Assembly: GCA_963748505.1 (NCBI GenBank)
Contig: CAVVJH010000001.1
Span: 73,124-137,123, forward strand
DNA: 64,000 nt
Origin: Candidatus Dormiibacterota bacterium
GTDB taxonomy: Bacteria; Chloroflexota; Dormibacteria; Aeolococcales; Aeolococcaceae
Reading direction: 5' to 3'
The notes under the pieces: generated by a model
What the model was told of the DNA's origin: nothing
The model's database searches: none
What the model saw: only the letters and a program-made list of their open reading frames with translations
Program-made: the position numbers and the translations under genes
Shown: positions 1-9,336 of the stretch, piece after piece
Layout: each line of letters begins with the position of its first letter
How positions within the stretch are numbered: position 1 is the stretch's first letter

Positions 1-1223
1 GAGATTCGTTCCTGCCGCGGCAGCTCACCAAGCGCGGCCACCGTCTGGCGTTCTCCAATGGAATTTTCGTGCTTGCCGTCGGTGGCGATCACTGCTGATC
101 ATCGTCTTCAAGGCGCAGCTCAATGCCCTGGTCGGTCTCTATGCCGTCGGGGTGTTCACGGGGTTCACATTTGCCGGATTCGGCATGGTGAAACACAACC
201 TGACGCAGAAGGGAACGGCGATGGAAGATCGGCGCGGTGGTCAACGCGTTCTGCGGGGTTGCTGTCGCTCGCCGTCGTGGGCATCCTGCTGGTCACGAAG
301 TTCACCGAAGGGCGCGTGGATCGTCGCGGTCATCGGCCCACCGATGTACTTCGGGCTGATCCGCCTGCATCGGCAGTACGTCGCTGAGGAGAAGCAGCTC
401 GAGACCGGCGCCGTCGCCGCAACCGAAGCGCCCGTCCTGCAACGCCATGTGGTCGTGGTACTGGTCGGACGGCTCGACATGGCGACCGCCCGCGCCGTGC
501 AGTACGCGCGAACGCTGCGCCCCGATGAGCTGCGCGCCGTGCACTTCAACATCGACACCGCCGCGACCGAGGAGCTCAAGGAGGAGTGGAGCCGGCTGGG
601 TCTCGCGCACCTGCCGCTGGACATCCTGGAATGCCGGGACCGCCGGCTGGAACGTGCTGCGCTCGAGTACGTGGCCGACCTGGTTGCCGACGGCAAGACC
701 GAGTGCACAGTGCTGCTCCCGCGCCGCGCCTTTCACTCGCGTCTTGCGCGCGTGCTGCACGACCGCACTGCTGATCGCATCGCCGACGCGGTCGGCACCG
801 TCGCCCACGTGGCCGCGACGATCGTGCCGTTCAACCTCGAGGCGCGTCACCGGCGTCGCAGGTTCCGGCGCAACGCCGTCAAGCCTGAACCGGCCAGGCG
901 CAAGCCAATACGCGGCGCCGGGGTTGATCGGGCGCTGGCGCGGCGGGCGATCGGGACCACGCCGATCAGTCGACGTGAGTGGCGCACGCGGGTGCGCGTC
1001 GCGGGGCGGATCCGGTCGCTCCGCGTGCAGACAGCGAAAGGCACCGCCAACCTCGAGTGCGAGATCACCGACGACACCGGGATCTTGCTGCTCGTGTTCC
1101 AGGGTCGGCCGAAGATCCCGGGCATCGAGCCGGGCGCGCGGCTGATCGTCGAGGGGATGGTCGGCGTCGTGGATGCGCCGGCTGGCGATCCTGAACCCCG
1201 ACTACGAGCTCGTCAGCGAGTAG
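1..1223 (+). pseudogene. APC-superfamily permease, C-terminal part (TM helices plus ~270-aa cytoplasmic Usp-like/OB-like tail); 5' end outside window; at least 3 apparent frame changes
   Basis: Hydrophobic segments LYAVGVFTGFTFAGFGMV / LLSLAVVGILLVTKF / AWIVAVIGPPMYFGLI lie in three different frames (ORFs 58..387, 152..1282 and a third frame). A coherent tail follows in the 152..1282 frame (VVVVLVGRLDMATARAVQYARTL...). A plausible natural C-terminus RLAILNPDYELVSE* sits in yet another frame, with stop at 1221-1223. Confidence 0.45.
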
Positions 1224-1246
1224 CGGTTCCGGCATCGCGGGCTACC

Positions 1247-1712
1247 TCAGCCCGGCGACATACGGTTCGGCGAAGCGGCTAGTCGGTCCCGCCGTGCACG
1301 CTGAGCAGCCAGGGCAGGGCCTCGGCCATCGGTCGCACCAGGCGCTCCGTGTGCGGCCCGGTCGAGATGGCCTGCCGCGTGCAGCGCGAGCGCAGCACCG
1401 AGAGCGGCGGCCTCGGCATGGTGCCCCTTTTGGCCGTGCTCGATCTTCCAGGAGACGAGCGACGAGCGGCCCTCGGTGAGGTCGAGGATCTGGCGTTGCA
1501 GCGCCTCCCAATCGGCGGTGAGGTGCGCGCTCTCGATCGCCCGAAGGGCGGCCGTTTCCGCGGCGTGGTACGCGTCAGTTGCGGCAGCGCGTGCACTCCC
1601 AGCCGTGCGCCACTCGCTCGATCGCCGAAGGCGACAGTGTGCGCAAGTCATCGAGGAGGCGGCTGCTGCCGCGGTCGTCGGATCGGTAGCCGTAGCCGTC
1701 GCTGTCCATGCG
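1247..1712 (-). CDS. hypothetical protein (possible internal frameshift near 1600; candidate start MDSDGYGY in an adjacent frame)
   Basis: Strong GC3 bias on the minus strand (e.g. QRQILDLTEGRSSLVSWKIEHGQKGHH). No family recognised. Confidence 0.3.
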
Positions 1713-1747
1713 CCTACTCTGACACGATCGACTAGCATCGAAGGCCC

Positions 1748-3424
1748 GTGGACTCGAAGCAGGCTCCGTCCGCACGTCCCGGGATCGCGCTCGGTGGGTA
1801 TCGGTCAGGCCATGCGCGCGCACGGTGGGTCGTCGTCGCTGCACTGGCGACCATCGCCATCACGATGTTCGAATTCGGTGCCGACGCGGCCCAGGTACGG
1901 GTGGCGGCGCGGATTCTGTCGGGGCAGATCGTGGCGCTCAACTCTGTCGCCGCGACCGACACCTATGTGCGCGTGGCCTACATCGCCAGCGAGGTCGGAC
2001 TCCTCGTGCCCTTCCTCGTGTTCCTGTTCTGGCTGCATCGCGCCGCCACCAACGCGGGTGTGTTTGCCGGCGAGCTCCGCTTCACTCCGGGCTGGGCGGT
2101 GGGATGGTTTGTCGTGCCGTTCGCCAACCTGGTGCGGCCTGCGCGAGTTGTCAACGAAATCTGGCAGAGCCAGGACCTGGCGCCGCTGGCCGCGACCAGG
2201 GTCGGGCGCAGCGTGCTGCGTATCTCACCGCTCATCCCGGTGTGGTGGGCGCTGTGGATTCTCGACATCGGTGGGCTCGGTGCGCGATTGCTGGGCATCG
2301 TCTACAGCCAGACCAATTCGCTGGCGGGCATCCGCAACGCGACCTATCTCGACATGGCCTATTCACTGGTGGTGATCGCGTCGCTGCTGGCGACGATTCG
2401 TCTGGTCCGCCGGATGGATTCGCGCGAAGGCGCCAAGGCGGCGCTGCTCGCCACGCAGGCCGCGGAAGCCGCCATCGCCGTGCGCGCAGCCAAGAGCAAG
2501 CGAGCCGGCAAGACGGCGCGCCCGGGCCCGGTGCCGCCGGTGGCAGACATCGGTGTGCCTGCGACCCGCGCAACCAGCATGCTGCAGCGGGTCACGACAG
2601 CGACGGTCGGCAGCGCGCTCGTCGTGACGCCGCTGGCACTCGCCTTTGCGGTGAGCAATGGGACGTCGGCCAAGAGCGCGGTCCCGGCGCAGACACCCAC
2701 GCCTGCGGCGATCTGGACGGCAAGCAGCACGCGCTACACCTCGTGTTCCGACGCGATGTTTCAACCTGCCGGGGTCATCGCCGCGGGCGCGACCAACACC
2801 TGCGGCCACATCGCGATCGGTGCCGCACTCTTCTCCGCCGACTGCAGCACGGGAACGATCCCGACGACGCTGTCCACTGCCGTGTTCGACAGCACCGGAG
2901 GCACGAGCAAACTGGGTTCGGTCAAGGGAGCTGACGGGTCGTGCGAGCTGTCGGTCAGGAGCACCAGCGTGACGACCGCTGTGTTCGCCGGCAACGGCGG
3001 GACCAACCCGGCCAGCCTCCCCGGGTCGATCGTCGTGGTCGCCGATTTCATCCCCACGCCGAACACCGCCGGCATCACCACCATCGGCTTGCGCGTCAAC
3101 GCCAATGGTGAGTTCGATATCGAGCTCGGGAGCGGCGGCGACTACACCGTCAACGAGAGTGCCGGCACGCTGGCCGATCAACTCCTACAGGGCAACTTCA
3201 AGAGCGATCCGGTCGCCGCGCCGAATCTCGCCAAACCAGTACGCGCCGTCGTCTATCTGAACGGCAGCACCGCCGCCGCATTTGTCGACGGGCGTCTGAT
3301 CGGTGCCGGACCGACGATCGTTCCCAACCAGCCGGGCGGATGCGGCTTCTCGTTGAGCAGCAGCAACGTGACCAAAGCCACAGTCGCCAAGCTGCTGGAT
3401 CTCAAGGTGTATGCGGCGGGCTAG
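1748..3424 (+). CDS. DUF4328-domain membrane protein with ~330-aa Ser/Thr/Gly/Ala-rich C-terminal extracytoplasmic region
   Basis: N-terminal region with LHRAATNAGVF...WAVGWFVVPFANLVRPARVVNEIWQ typical of DUF4328; multiple TM helices. Uninterrupted 558-aa ORF. Confidence 0.7.
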   Translation: MDSKQAPSARPGIALGGYRSGHARARWVVVAALATIAITMFEFGADAAQVRVAARILSGQIVALNSVAATDTYVRVAYIASEVGLLVPFLVFLFWLHRAATNAGVFAGELRFTPGWAVGWFVVPFANLVRPARVVNEIWQSQDLAPLAATRVGRSVLRISPLIPVWWALWILDIGGLGARLLGIVYSQTNSLAGIRNATYLDMAYSLVVIASLLATIRLVRRMDSREGAKAALLATQAAEAAIAVRAAKSKRAGKTARPGPVPPVADIGVPATRATSMLQRVTTATVGSALVVTPLALAFAVSNGTSAKSAVPAQTPTPAAIWTASSTRYTSCSDAMFQPAGVIAAGATNTCGHIAIGAALFSADCSTGTIPTTLSTAVFDSTGGTSKLGSVKGADGSCELSVRSTSVTTAVFAGNGGTNPASLPGSIVVVADFIPTPNTAGITTIGLRVNANGEFDIELGSGGDYTVNESAGTLADQLLQGNFKSDPVAAPNLAKPVRAVVYLNGSTAAAFVDGRLIGAGPTIVPNQPGGCGFSLSSSNVTKATVAKLLDLKVYAAG

Positions 3425-3496
3425 TCAGGGGATCCGTCGAGCCTGCTTCCGAGCGCGGTGGGGGCGGCGTCCACGATGCCTGTGACAACCTAGGCT

Positions 3497-4267
3497 GTGA
3501 TGAACGCTCCACGACCACTCGAGCACACCGTTGCGCTGGTCACCGGCGCATCCAGTGGCATCGGCGAGGCGACTGCCGTCGCGCTCGCCAATCTCGGCGC
3601 CGCGGTTGCCCTTGCCGCGCGTCGCACGGAACGCCTCGAGGCCCTGGCGGCACAACTCCGCGCCGAGGGCGCCACCGTGTCGGTGATCACCGCCGATATC
3701 ACTGAGCAAGCCCAGGCAACCGCCGCCGTCGAACAAACGGTGTCGGAACTGGGGCGGCTCGACACGTTGATCAACAACGCAGGTGTGATGCTGCTCGGGC
3801 CGGTCATCGGAGCCCCGGTGGAGGAGTGGGAGCGCATGGTGCGCATCAACCTTCTCGGGCTCTTGTACTGCACCAACGCCGCGCTGCCACATCTGCTCCG
3901 CGCAGCCGAGGACAGCCCACGCGGTGTCGCCGACCTCGTGAACATCAGCTCGGTCGCGGGTCGCGAGACACGCAACGGCAGCGCCGTGTACAACGCGACG
4001 AAACACGGCGTCGGCGCCTTCAGCGACGCGCTGCGCAAGGAGATCTCCAGGCGACACGTGCGCGTCTCCCTGGTGGAACCTGGCGCGGTCGCGACCGAGC
4101 TCGCCGGCCACAACCGCCCGGAGGTGCGCGCCGCCCTGGAAGAACGCTTCTCGACCTTCGAGCTTCTGCAGGCAGACGATATCTCGGCGATCATCACCTT
4201 CATCGTCTCGCGGCCCCGCCATGTGGCGGTCAACGAGGTCCTCGTCCGGCCCACCGAACAGGAGTAG
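3497..4267 (+). CDS. short-chain dehydrogenase/reductase (SDR) family oxidoreductase
   Basis: TGASSGIG Rossmann motif; NISSVAG...Y...K catalytic region; 256 aa. Confidence 0.9.
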   Translation: MMNAPRPLEHTVALVTGASSGIGEATAVALANLGAAVALAARRTERLEALAAQLRAEGATVSVITADITEQAQATAAVEQTVSELGRLDTLINNAGVMLLGPVIGAPVEEWERMVRINLLGLLYCTNAALPHLLRAAEDSPRGVADLVNISSVAGRETRNGSAVYNATKHGVGAFSDALRKEISRRHVRVSLVEPGAVATELAGHNRPEVRAALEERFSTFELLQADDISAIITFIVSRPRHVAVNEVLVRPTEQE

Positions 4268-4287
4268 TCCCGGGGCCGGACGCAGGG

Positions 4288-4671
4288 TTAGGTGCCGGCT
4301 GCCGATTCCTTGCGGTCGGGCAGCTTGAAGTGAGGGTTCTCGATGATGCCGAAGACGTTGCCGCCGGCATCGCGGAGGGTCGCGACGCGTATACCGTCGC
4401 CGACATCCTGCACCTGACCGTGCTCAGTCATGCCTGACGCGAGCAGCGCAGCGTAGGCGTCGCTCGCGCTGCCGACACCCCAGTAGGCGATCGGACCCAC
4501 TGCCACATCGCCGCCAGGGTCGAGGCCAAGCTCGTAGCCGGCGACATTGAATCCGACGTAGAAAGGCTGATCGAAATACGGCTCCTGGCCAAGCACTGCC
4601 GTGTACGCCGCTTTCGCCGCAGCAAGGTCTGGTGCCGGATAGATGACCGTCCGCAATCCAAGGAATTCCAC
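4288..4671 (-). CDS. VOC (glyoxalase/bleomycin-resistance) family protein
   Basis: 127-aa protein VEFLGLRTVIYPAPDLAAAKAAY...GNVFGIIENPHF. GTG start preceded by GGAGAA ribosome-binding site (RBS). The longer 4288..5394 ORF is an upstream extension into the neighbouring gene's alternate frame. Confidence 0.8.
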   Translation of the reverse strand: MEFLGLRTVIYPAPDLAAAKAAYTAVLGQEPYFDQPFYVGFNVAGYELGLDPGGDVAVGPIAYWGVGSASDAYAALLASGMTEHGQVQDVGDGIRVATLRDAGGNVFGIIENPHFKLPDRKESAAGT

Positions 4672-4721
4672 GTGGTTCTCCTGTTGGTTCGTCTGGCCGC
4701 CGATGCTACTCGCAGCGACCT

Positions 4722-6338
4722 TTAGAGGACGACGGTGACGGTGGTCGAGCCACTGCCGGAGACGCCGTCGTTGTCGGTGACCGTGACCGTGATCGTGTAG
4801 CTCCGCAACAACGCGCTGTATGCGTGTGCAAGCACGAAGGTGGTGCCGTTGAGAGTCAGGACATGCGTACCGCTGCCGTCGCCGTAGTTGACCGTCGCGG
4901 TGAACGTGTGGTGAGCCAGATCGCTGTCGGTGAAGCTGCCGGAACCCGAGAAATGCCCCAGTACCGCGACACCTCCGGCCTTCACGGTGACCACCGGCGG
5001 CAGGTCGGGTGGAGGCGTCGGGGCGGGGGTGGGCATCGGGGTGCTCGTCGGGGCGGGAGTTGGTGTGGGTCCGGGCGATGGGGGCACGGTGGGTGTCGGA
5101 GTCGAGTTCGGCGGAGGGGTGGGACCGCCCGGCGCTGTCGTGCCGCCGCCGGGTGCGGGCGTCCCACCACCTGCACCGGTCGTTCCGGTCTGTCCGGGCG
5201 CGGGAGGCACGCTCGGTATCGAACCGGGCGGGGATGGCGTTGCCCCGCCGGTGCTGTGCGTGGGTTGGCCGCCCGTGGACACGGTCGAGATCCCCGAGGT
5301 GGGGCCGGCCGTCGGGCTCGGGCTGGTCAGTGCACCGGGACCGGTGAGTGCGATGGCAGTGGTTCCGGACATAACGGCCGCGCCCCAGTTCCATCCGAGC
5401 CGGTCAACCCAGCCAATCAGGGGGAGCTGCGCGATCCAGGAACCGAAGCCCACGACCCGCCAGAGCCGGCCCATTGAGATGTTGAGGAATGCGCGCACCA
5501 CCACCGGGTCGAACTGGCTCCCCGAGCACTTCACCAGTTCCTGCCGGGCCGCTGACACACTGACCGGCTTGCGATACGGCCGCACCGCGGTCATCACCTC
5601 GTAGGAATCCGCGACCGCCACGATGCGGCCGGCGAGCGAGATCTGATTGCCGGCGAGCCCACGGGGGTATCCGCGGCCGTCGAATCGCTCGTGGTGTTGG
5701 GGCACAGCGTCCGCCCACTCGCCGAGCCAGGAGCTGAGTGGCCCGATGAGCCGCGCCCCTTCCTCAGGATGGCGTTTGACGGCGTCGAACTCCGCGCTGG
5801 TGAGCTTTGCCGGCTTGGAGAGAATTGTTGCCGGCACGACCAGCTTGCCGATGTCGTGCAGCAGCGACGCCCAGCGAAGCCGAGCGCGGTCGCTCGGCGC
5901 CAGCTTCATCTCATCGGCGATGAGGTCAGCGAAGACCCGAACGCGCTCTGAGTGACCACGTGTCTGCCGATCGTGCACGCTCAGGGCCGCGACCAGCCCG
6001 AGCACTTTCTGCATGTACGCGGTGTCGCCGCCGGTGACCCCCTTGTCGCGTGCCTCCTGTAGCTGGCGCTGCAGGTCGCGTGGCTTGCCCACGCGCCGGG
6101 CGATCGCGAAGCGTTTCGGGGCGCGGTCCGGGAAGAGGAGCGAGAGATTGAGCAGGGCCGCAAGCGGGAGGAGGCGGCGCCCAGCGCGCTCCAGCGCGAC
6201 GATCACCACCAGCATGACGAGGCTGACCCCGGCGAACGACAGCGCGGCCGGACCGAGACCGTTCGGGCGCGGCAGGAGGCTGGTCATGATGACGCCTGCC
6301 GCGATGCCGGCAACGGCGGGGAGCACGACCACTGACAC
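4722..6338 (-). CDS. membrane-anchored HD-GYP domain phosphodiesterase with C-terminal Pro/Thr-rich linker and Ig/PKD-like beta domain
   Basis: HD motif (HDRQTRGHSERV, LLHDIGK) and HHERFDGRGYP (GYP). N-terminal TM helices. PTPTPAPTSTPMPTPAPTPPP low-complexity linker. C-terminal beta-rich ~110 aa. Confidence 0.85.
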   Translation of the reverse strand: MSVVVLPAVAGIAAGVIMTSLLPRPNGLGPAALSFAGVSLVMLVVIVALERAGRRLLPLAALLNLSLLFPDRAPKRFAIARRVGKPRDLQRQLQEARDKGVTGGDTAYMQKVLGLVAALSVHDRQTRGHSERVRVFADLIADEMKLAPSDRARLRWASLLHDIGKLVVPATILSKPAKLTSAEFDAVKRHPEEGARLIGPLSSWLGEWADAVPQHHERFDGRGYPRGLAGNQISLAGRIVAVADSYEVMTAVRPYRKPVSVSAARQELVKCSGSQFDPVVVRAFLNISMGRLWRVVGFGSWIAQLPLIGWVDRLGWNWGAAVMSGTTAIALTGPGALTSPSPTAGPTSGISTVSTGGQPTHSTGGATPSPPGSIPSVPPAPGQTGTTGAGGGTPAPGGGTTAPGGPTPPPNSTPTPTVPPSPGPTPTPAPTSTPMPTPAPTPPPDLPPVVTVKAGGVAVLGHFSGSGSFTDSDLAHHTFTATVNYGDGSGTHVLTLNGTTFVLAHAYSALLRSYTITVTVTDNDGVSGSGSTTVTVVL

Positions 6339-6622
6339 GCGGACCAGTGCGCTGAGGACTGGGCGGCGCTGCCACTGGTGGCCTGCTGGAACCGTCTCGG
6401 CTGCGGCGGCCTCGGGAGCATCTGCGATGAGTGGTTCACCTGGCGGTGCCCAGACCCGCGGCGTCGAGACGATGGCTCCAGGGCGCGAGCCTCGCTATAA
6501 GGTTCGGGCCTGTGGCGCCGGTCGTGGTCCCCGTTCGGAATTCTGTGGCGTACGGGTCACTCGCTTGTGGCAGCCGCCGCGTGGGTCAGATCGGCACGCT
6601 TTCCGGTTAGGATGCGGCCTCC

Positions 6623-7244
6623 ATGCCGATCAGCCTCCTGCGCCGCGAGCGGCGCTTCTACGACCTCTTCGACCGTCAGGCGGACAACGTCGTCGCCGCC
6701 GCGCAGCTGTTGAAGGCGGCGCTGGCTGACGACCTGTCGGCAATGCCGGCTCATCAGGCAGCGATCAAGGATCTCGAGCACGCCGGCGACGAACTCACCC
6801 ACGAAATCATCCAGACCCTCCATCGCACATTTATCACGCCGTTTGATCGCGAGGACATCTACGCGCTCAGCTCCGGCCTCGACGACGTGCTCGACTACGT
6901 CGACGAGATCGCCGAGACGATCATCCTCTACGGGATCAGCGACATCTCGCCGGCCGCGAAGTCGATGGCCGGGTTGATCGTTGAAGCGGCGCTGCAGGTT
7001 CAGGCGGCAGTGGGGAAACTCGAGTCGAAAAGCCGGCGTCAGCGAGCATGGGATCGAGGTGCACCGCATCGAGAATCTCGGCGACACCGAGTCCCGCCGG
7101 GCGATCGGGGACCTGTTCAGCGGGACCCATGACGCGGTCACGATCATCAAGCTCAAGGACTTCTACACGTTGCTCGAGGATTCGCTCGACCGTTGCGAGG
7201 ATGTGGCCAACGTGATTGAAGGCATCATCATCAAGAACGCGTGA
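6623..7244 (+). CDS. DUF47 (PhoU-like, Pit-accessory) protein; one apparent frameshift near 7025
   Basis: N-terminal part in ORF 6623..7132 (RRERRFYDLFDRQADNV...). Conserved C-terminus IEVHRIENLGDTESRRAIGDLFSG...LLEDSLDRCEDVANVIEGIIIKNA is in ORF 6981..7244. Stop TGA overlaps the GTG start of pit (GTGA). Confidence 0.7.
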
Positions 7245-8266
7245 CCGGCACCCACGTTCTGCTGGTCGTCACGATCCTGATCGCTTTGGGATTCGATTTC
7301 ACCAATGGTTTCCACGACACCGCCAACGCGGTCGCGACCTCCATCAGCACCCGTGCGCTCGGTCCGCGCACCGCGGTCGGACTCTCCGCTGCTTTCAACC
7401 TGATCGGCGCCCTTGTCGCCATCGAGATCCTGCACACGCACGTTGCCAACACCATCGGCGGACTGGTGGCACCGAAAGCCGGCGTATCACTGGGAATGAT
7501 CATCGCCGCGCTCATCGGCGCGATCATCTGGAATGTCATCACCTGGCGTCTCGGTTTGCCGTCGAGCTCGTCGCATGCCCTCATCGGCGCGCTGGTTGGC
7601 ATGGGCATCGTCGCCTACGGGTTCGACGCGGTGAAGTGGGGATCGGTGCTCCCCGTCGTGATTGCGCTGGTGGCGTCACCGCTGATCGGGTTCGTGCTCT
7701 CGTATCTGTTCACCGTGCTCACGCTCGACGTCTTTCGTCGTGCGCGGCCGAGTCCGATGAACCGCCGCTTCCGTCTCGCGCAGGTCTTGTCGGGGGCCTT
7801 CGTTTCGTTTTCGCACGGGGCCAACGATGCGCAGAAAACCATGGGCGTCATCACGCTCGCGCTGGTCAGCGCCGGCGTGGTGTCGGCGGGTGGGAAGACG
7901 TTCCCGTCGCCACCGCTCTGGGTGGTCGTCGTCGCCGCGACCGCGATCGGTCTTGGCACCTATTCCGGAGGATGGCGGATCATCCGGACCCTGGGGAGCA
8001 AGGTCATCCGCCTGGAGCCCGTTGATGGGTTCTGCGCGCAGACCATGGCTGCGGTCGTCATCCAGGGGGCGACCCAACTGGCGTTGCCGGTGAGCACCAC
8101 GCACGTGGTCTCGGGATCGGTGATCGGCGCCGGGGCGACCAGGAGGTTCGGTGCGGTGCGCTGGGGCGTGGCCCGCAACATTCTGGTCGCCTGGGTCCTG
8201 ACCATCCCGGCCACGGCCGCCATGGCTGCGATCTGCGCCCTGGTGGTCGAGCTCCTCAGGGTGTGA
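7241..8266 (+). CDS. pit: inorganic phosphate transporter, Pit (PiT) family
   Basis: LGFDFTNGFHDTANAVATSI and second half-repeat FSHGANDAQKTMGVI; polytopic; 341 aa. Confidence 0.9.
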   Translation: MTGTHVLLVVTILIALGFDFTNGFHDTANAVATSISTRALGPRTAVGLSAAFNLIGALVAIEILHTHVANTIGGLVAPKAGVSLGMIIAALIGAIIWNVITWRLGLPSSSSHALIGALVGMGIVAYGFDAVKWGSVLPVVIALVASPLIGFVLSYLFTVLTLDVFRRARPSPMNRRFRLAQVLSGAFVSFSHGANDAQKTMGVITLALVSAGVVSAGGKTFPSPPLWVVVVAATAIGLGTYSGGWRIIRTLGSKVIRLEPVDGFCAQTMAAVVIQGATQLALPVSTTHVVSGSVIGAGATRRFGAVRWGVARNILVAWVLTIPATAAMAAICALVVELLRV

Positions 8267-8918
8267 TGGTCGCCGGCGGCAGCAGCGCGCTCACCGCGGT
8301 CTCTTCGATCCAGCGCGCGTAGCGTTCCTGCGACCACCCGCGAACGTCGCGGAACAGCCGTTGCACGTCGGGGCTGGTCAGGGTCCAGAGGATCGCCGCT
8401 GCATCGTCGGTGCTGACCCCCTGTCGGAGCGGGCCGTTCGCCTCGATCCACCCGACCACGGTGCGCATGTTGCGGAATCGGTCTTCCTGATTGGCGGTCC
8501 GCGTGGTCGCGATCTCGGGATCGACCGCCGCGGCACTGCGGATGATGTCGTCCACCGGACGGAACCGTTCGATGATCCTCGCGATATCAGTCGCAAACAT
8601 CGCCAGCTGCCGGCGCTGATCCGGCTCCGCGCGAGTGGCCTGCGGGCCGGGTCGATCGAGCATGGACACCTGCTGATCGTCGCCGCCGACGCGCAGGCTG
8701 AAGAGGGCGAAGAGGATGCCGCGCTTGTTGCCGAAGCCGGCGTACACCGTGTCGACTGCGACGCCGGCGTCCGCGGCCACGGCCTCGATGGAGGTGGTCG
8801 CGTAGCCCCGCTCGGCAAAGAGTTGCTCGGCGGACTCGACGATGCGCAGGCGGGTCAGGCGTGCCTGGTCCTGGCGCAGACGCGAGGAGTACTTGCGCGG
8901 CTTGACAACGCTCATCAA
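8256..8918 (-). CDS. TetR/AcrR family transcriptional regulator
   Basis: N-terminal HTH RLRIVESAEQLFAERGYATTSIEAVAADAGVAVDTVYAGFGNK. Confidence 0.9.
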   Translation of the reverse strand: MMSVVKPRKYSSRLRQDQARLTRLRIVESAEQLFAERGYATTSIEAVAADAGVAVDTVYAGFGNKRGILFALFSLRVGGDDQQVSMLDRPGPQATRAEPDQRRQLAMFATDIARIIERFRPVDDIIRSAAAVDPEIATTRTANQEDRFRNMRTVVGWIEANGPLRQGVSTDDAAAILWTLTSPDVQRLFRDVRGWSQERYARWIEETAVSALLPPATITP

Positions 8919-8947
8919 TCTACCCTAGCATCGCTTTAGCCATCCGA

Positions 8948-9289
8948 GTGAGACTCGGAGCAATTCGATGGGAGAGAGCCATGTACGGATTCACTCAGGA
9001 TCTACCGATCACACCCGAGGTCTGGTTCCGGCTCAAAGCGGCCATCGGCACCGAGCCCATCGACGGTGCCGTGATGCACACGGTGATTCGGCACAACGGT
9101 GGCATTCGCTATATCGACATCTGGGAGTCGCGCGAGCAGTGCGATCGCTTCCTCGAGGAGCGTGTCCACCCGGTGCTGCAGGCGGTGTTCGCCGCTTCCG
9201 GTCAGCCGATGCCGGGCGAGCCGACCCGTGAGGAGTTCGAGGTCGTCGATGTGGTCTGGATGAGGGAGGCCCCGCCAGTCCCGGTCTGA
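8948..9289 (+). CDS. small conserved hypothetical protein (113 aa; alternative start 8981)
   Basis: Divergent from the TetR gene. Coding-like composition. Followed by a hairpin terminator. Confidence 0.5.
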   Translation: MRLGAIRWERAMYGFTQDLPITPEVWFRLKAAIGTEPIDGAVMHTVIRHNGGIRYIDIWESREQCDRFLEERVHPVLQAVFAASGQPMPGEPTREEFEVVDVVWMREAPPVPV

Positions 9290-9303
9290 GATCCATCGGC
9301 TAG

Positions 9304-9326
9304 GGGCGGCGATGGCCGCCCTTTCG
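9304..9326 (+). terminator. candidate intrinsic terminator (GGGCGGC-GATG-GCCGCCC hairpin followed by TTTCG)
   Basis: Perfect 7-bp stem with 4-nt loop, 15 nt after the stop of 8948..9289. Lies between convergent genes. Confidence 0.45.
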
Positions 9327-9336
9327 CTGCAAAGCC

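Noticed and set aside
3425-4254. Long minus-strand ORFs (265 and 254 aa) antisense to the SDR gene
   Set aside because: Arg/Ala-rich low-complexity translations with no motifs. Typical high-GC antisense ORFs. The plus-strand SDR has clear motifs.
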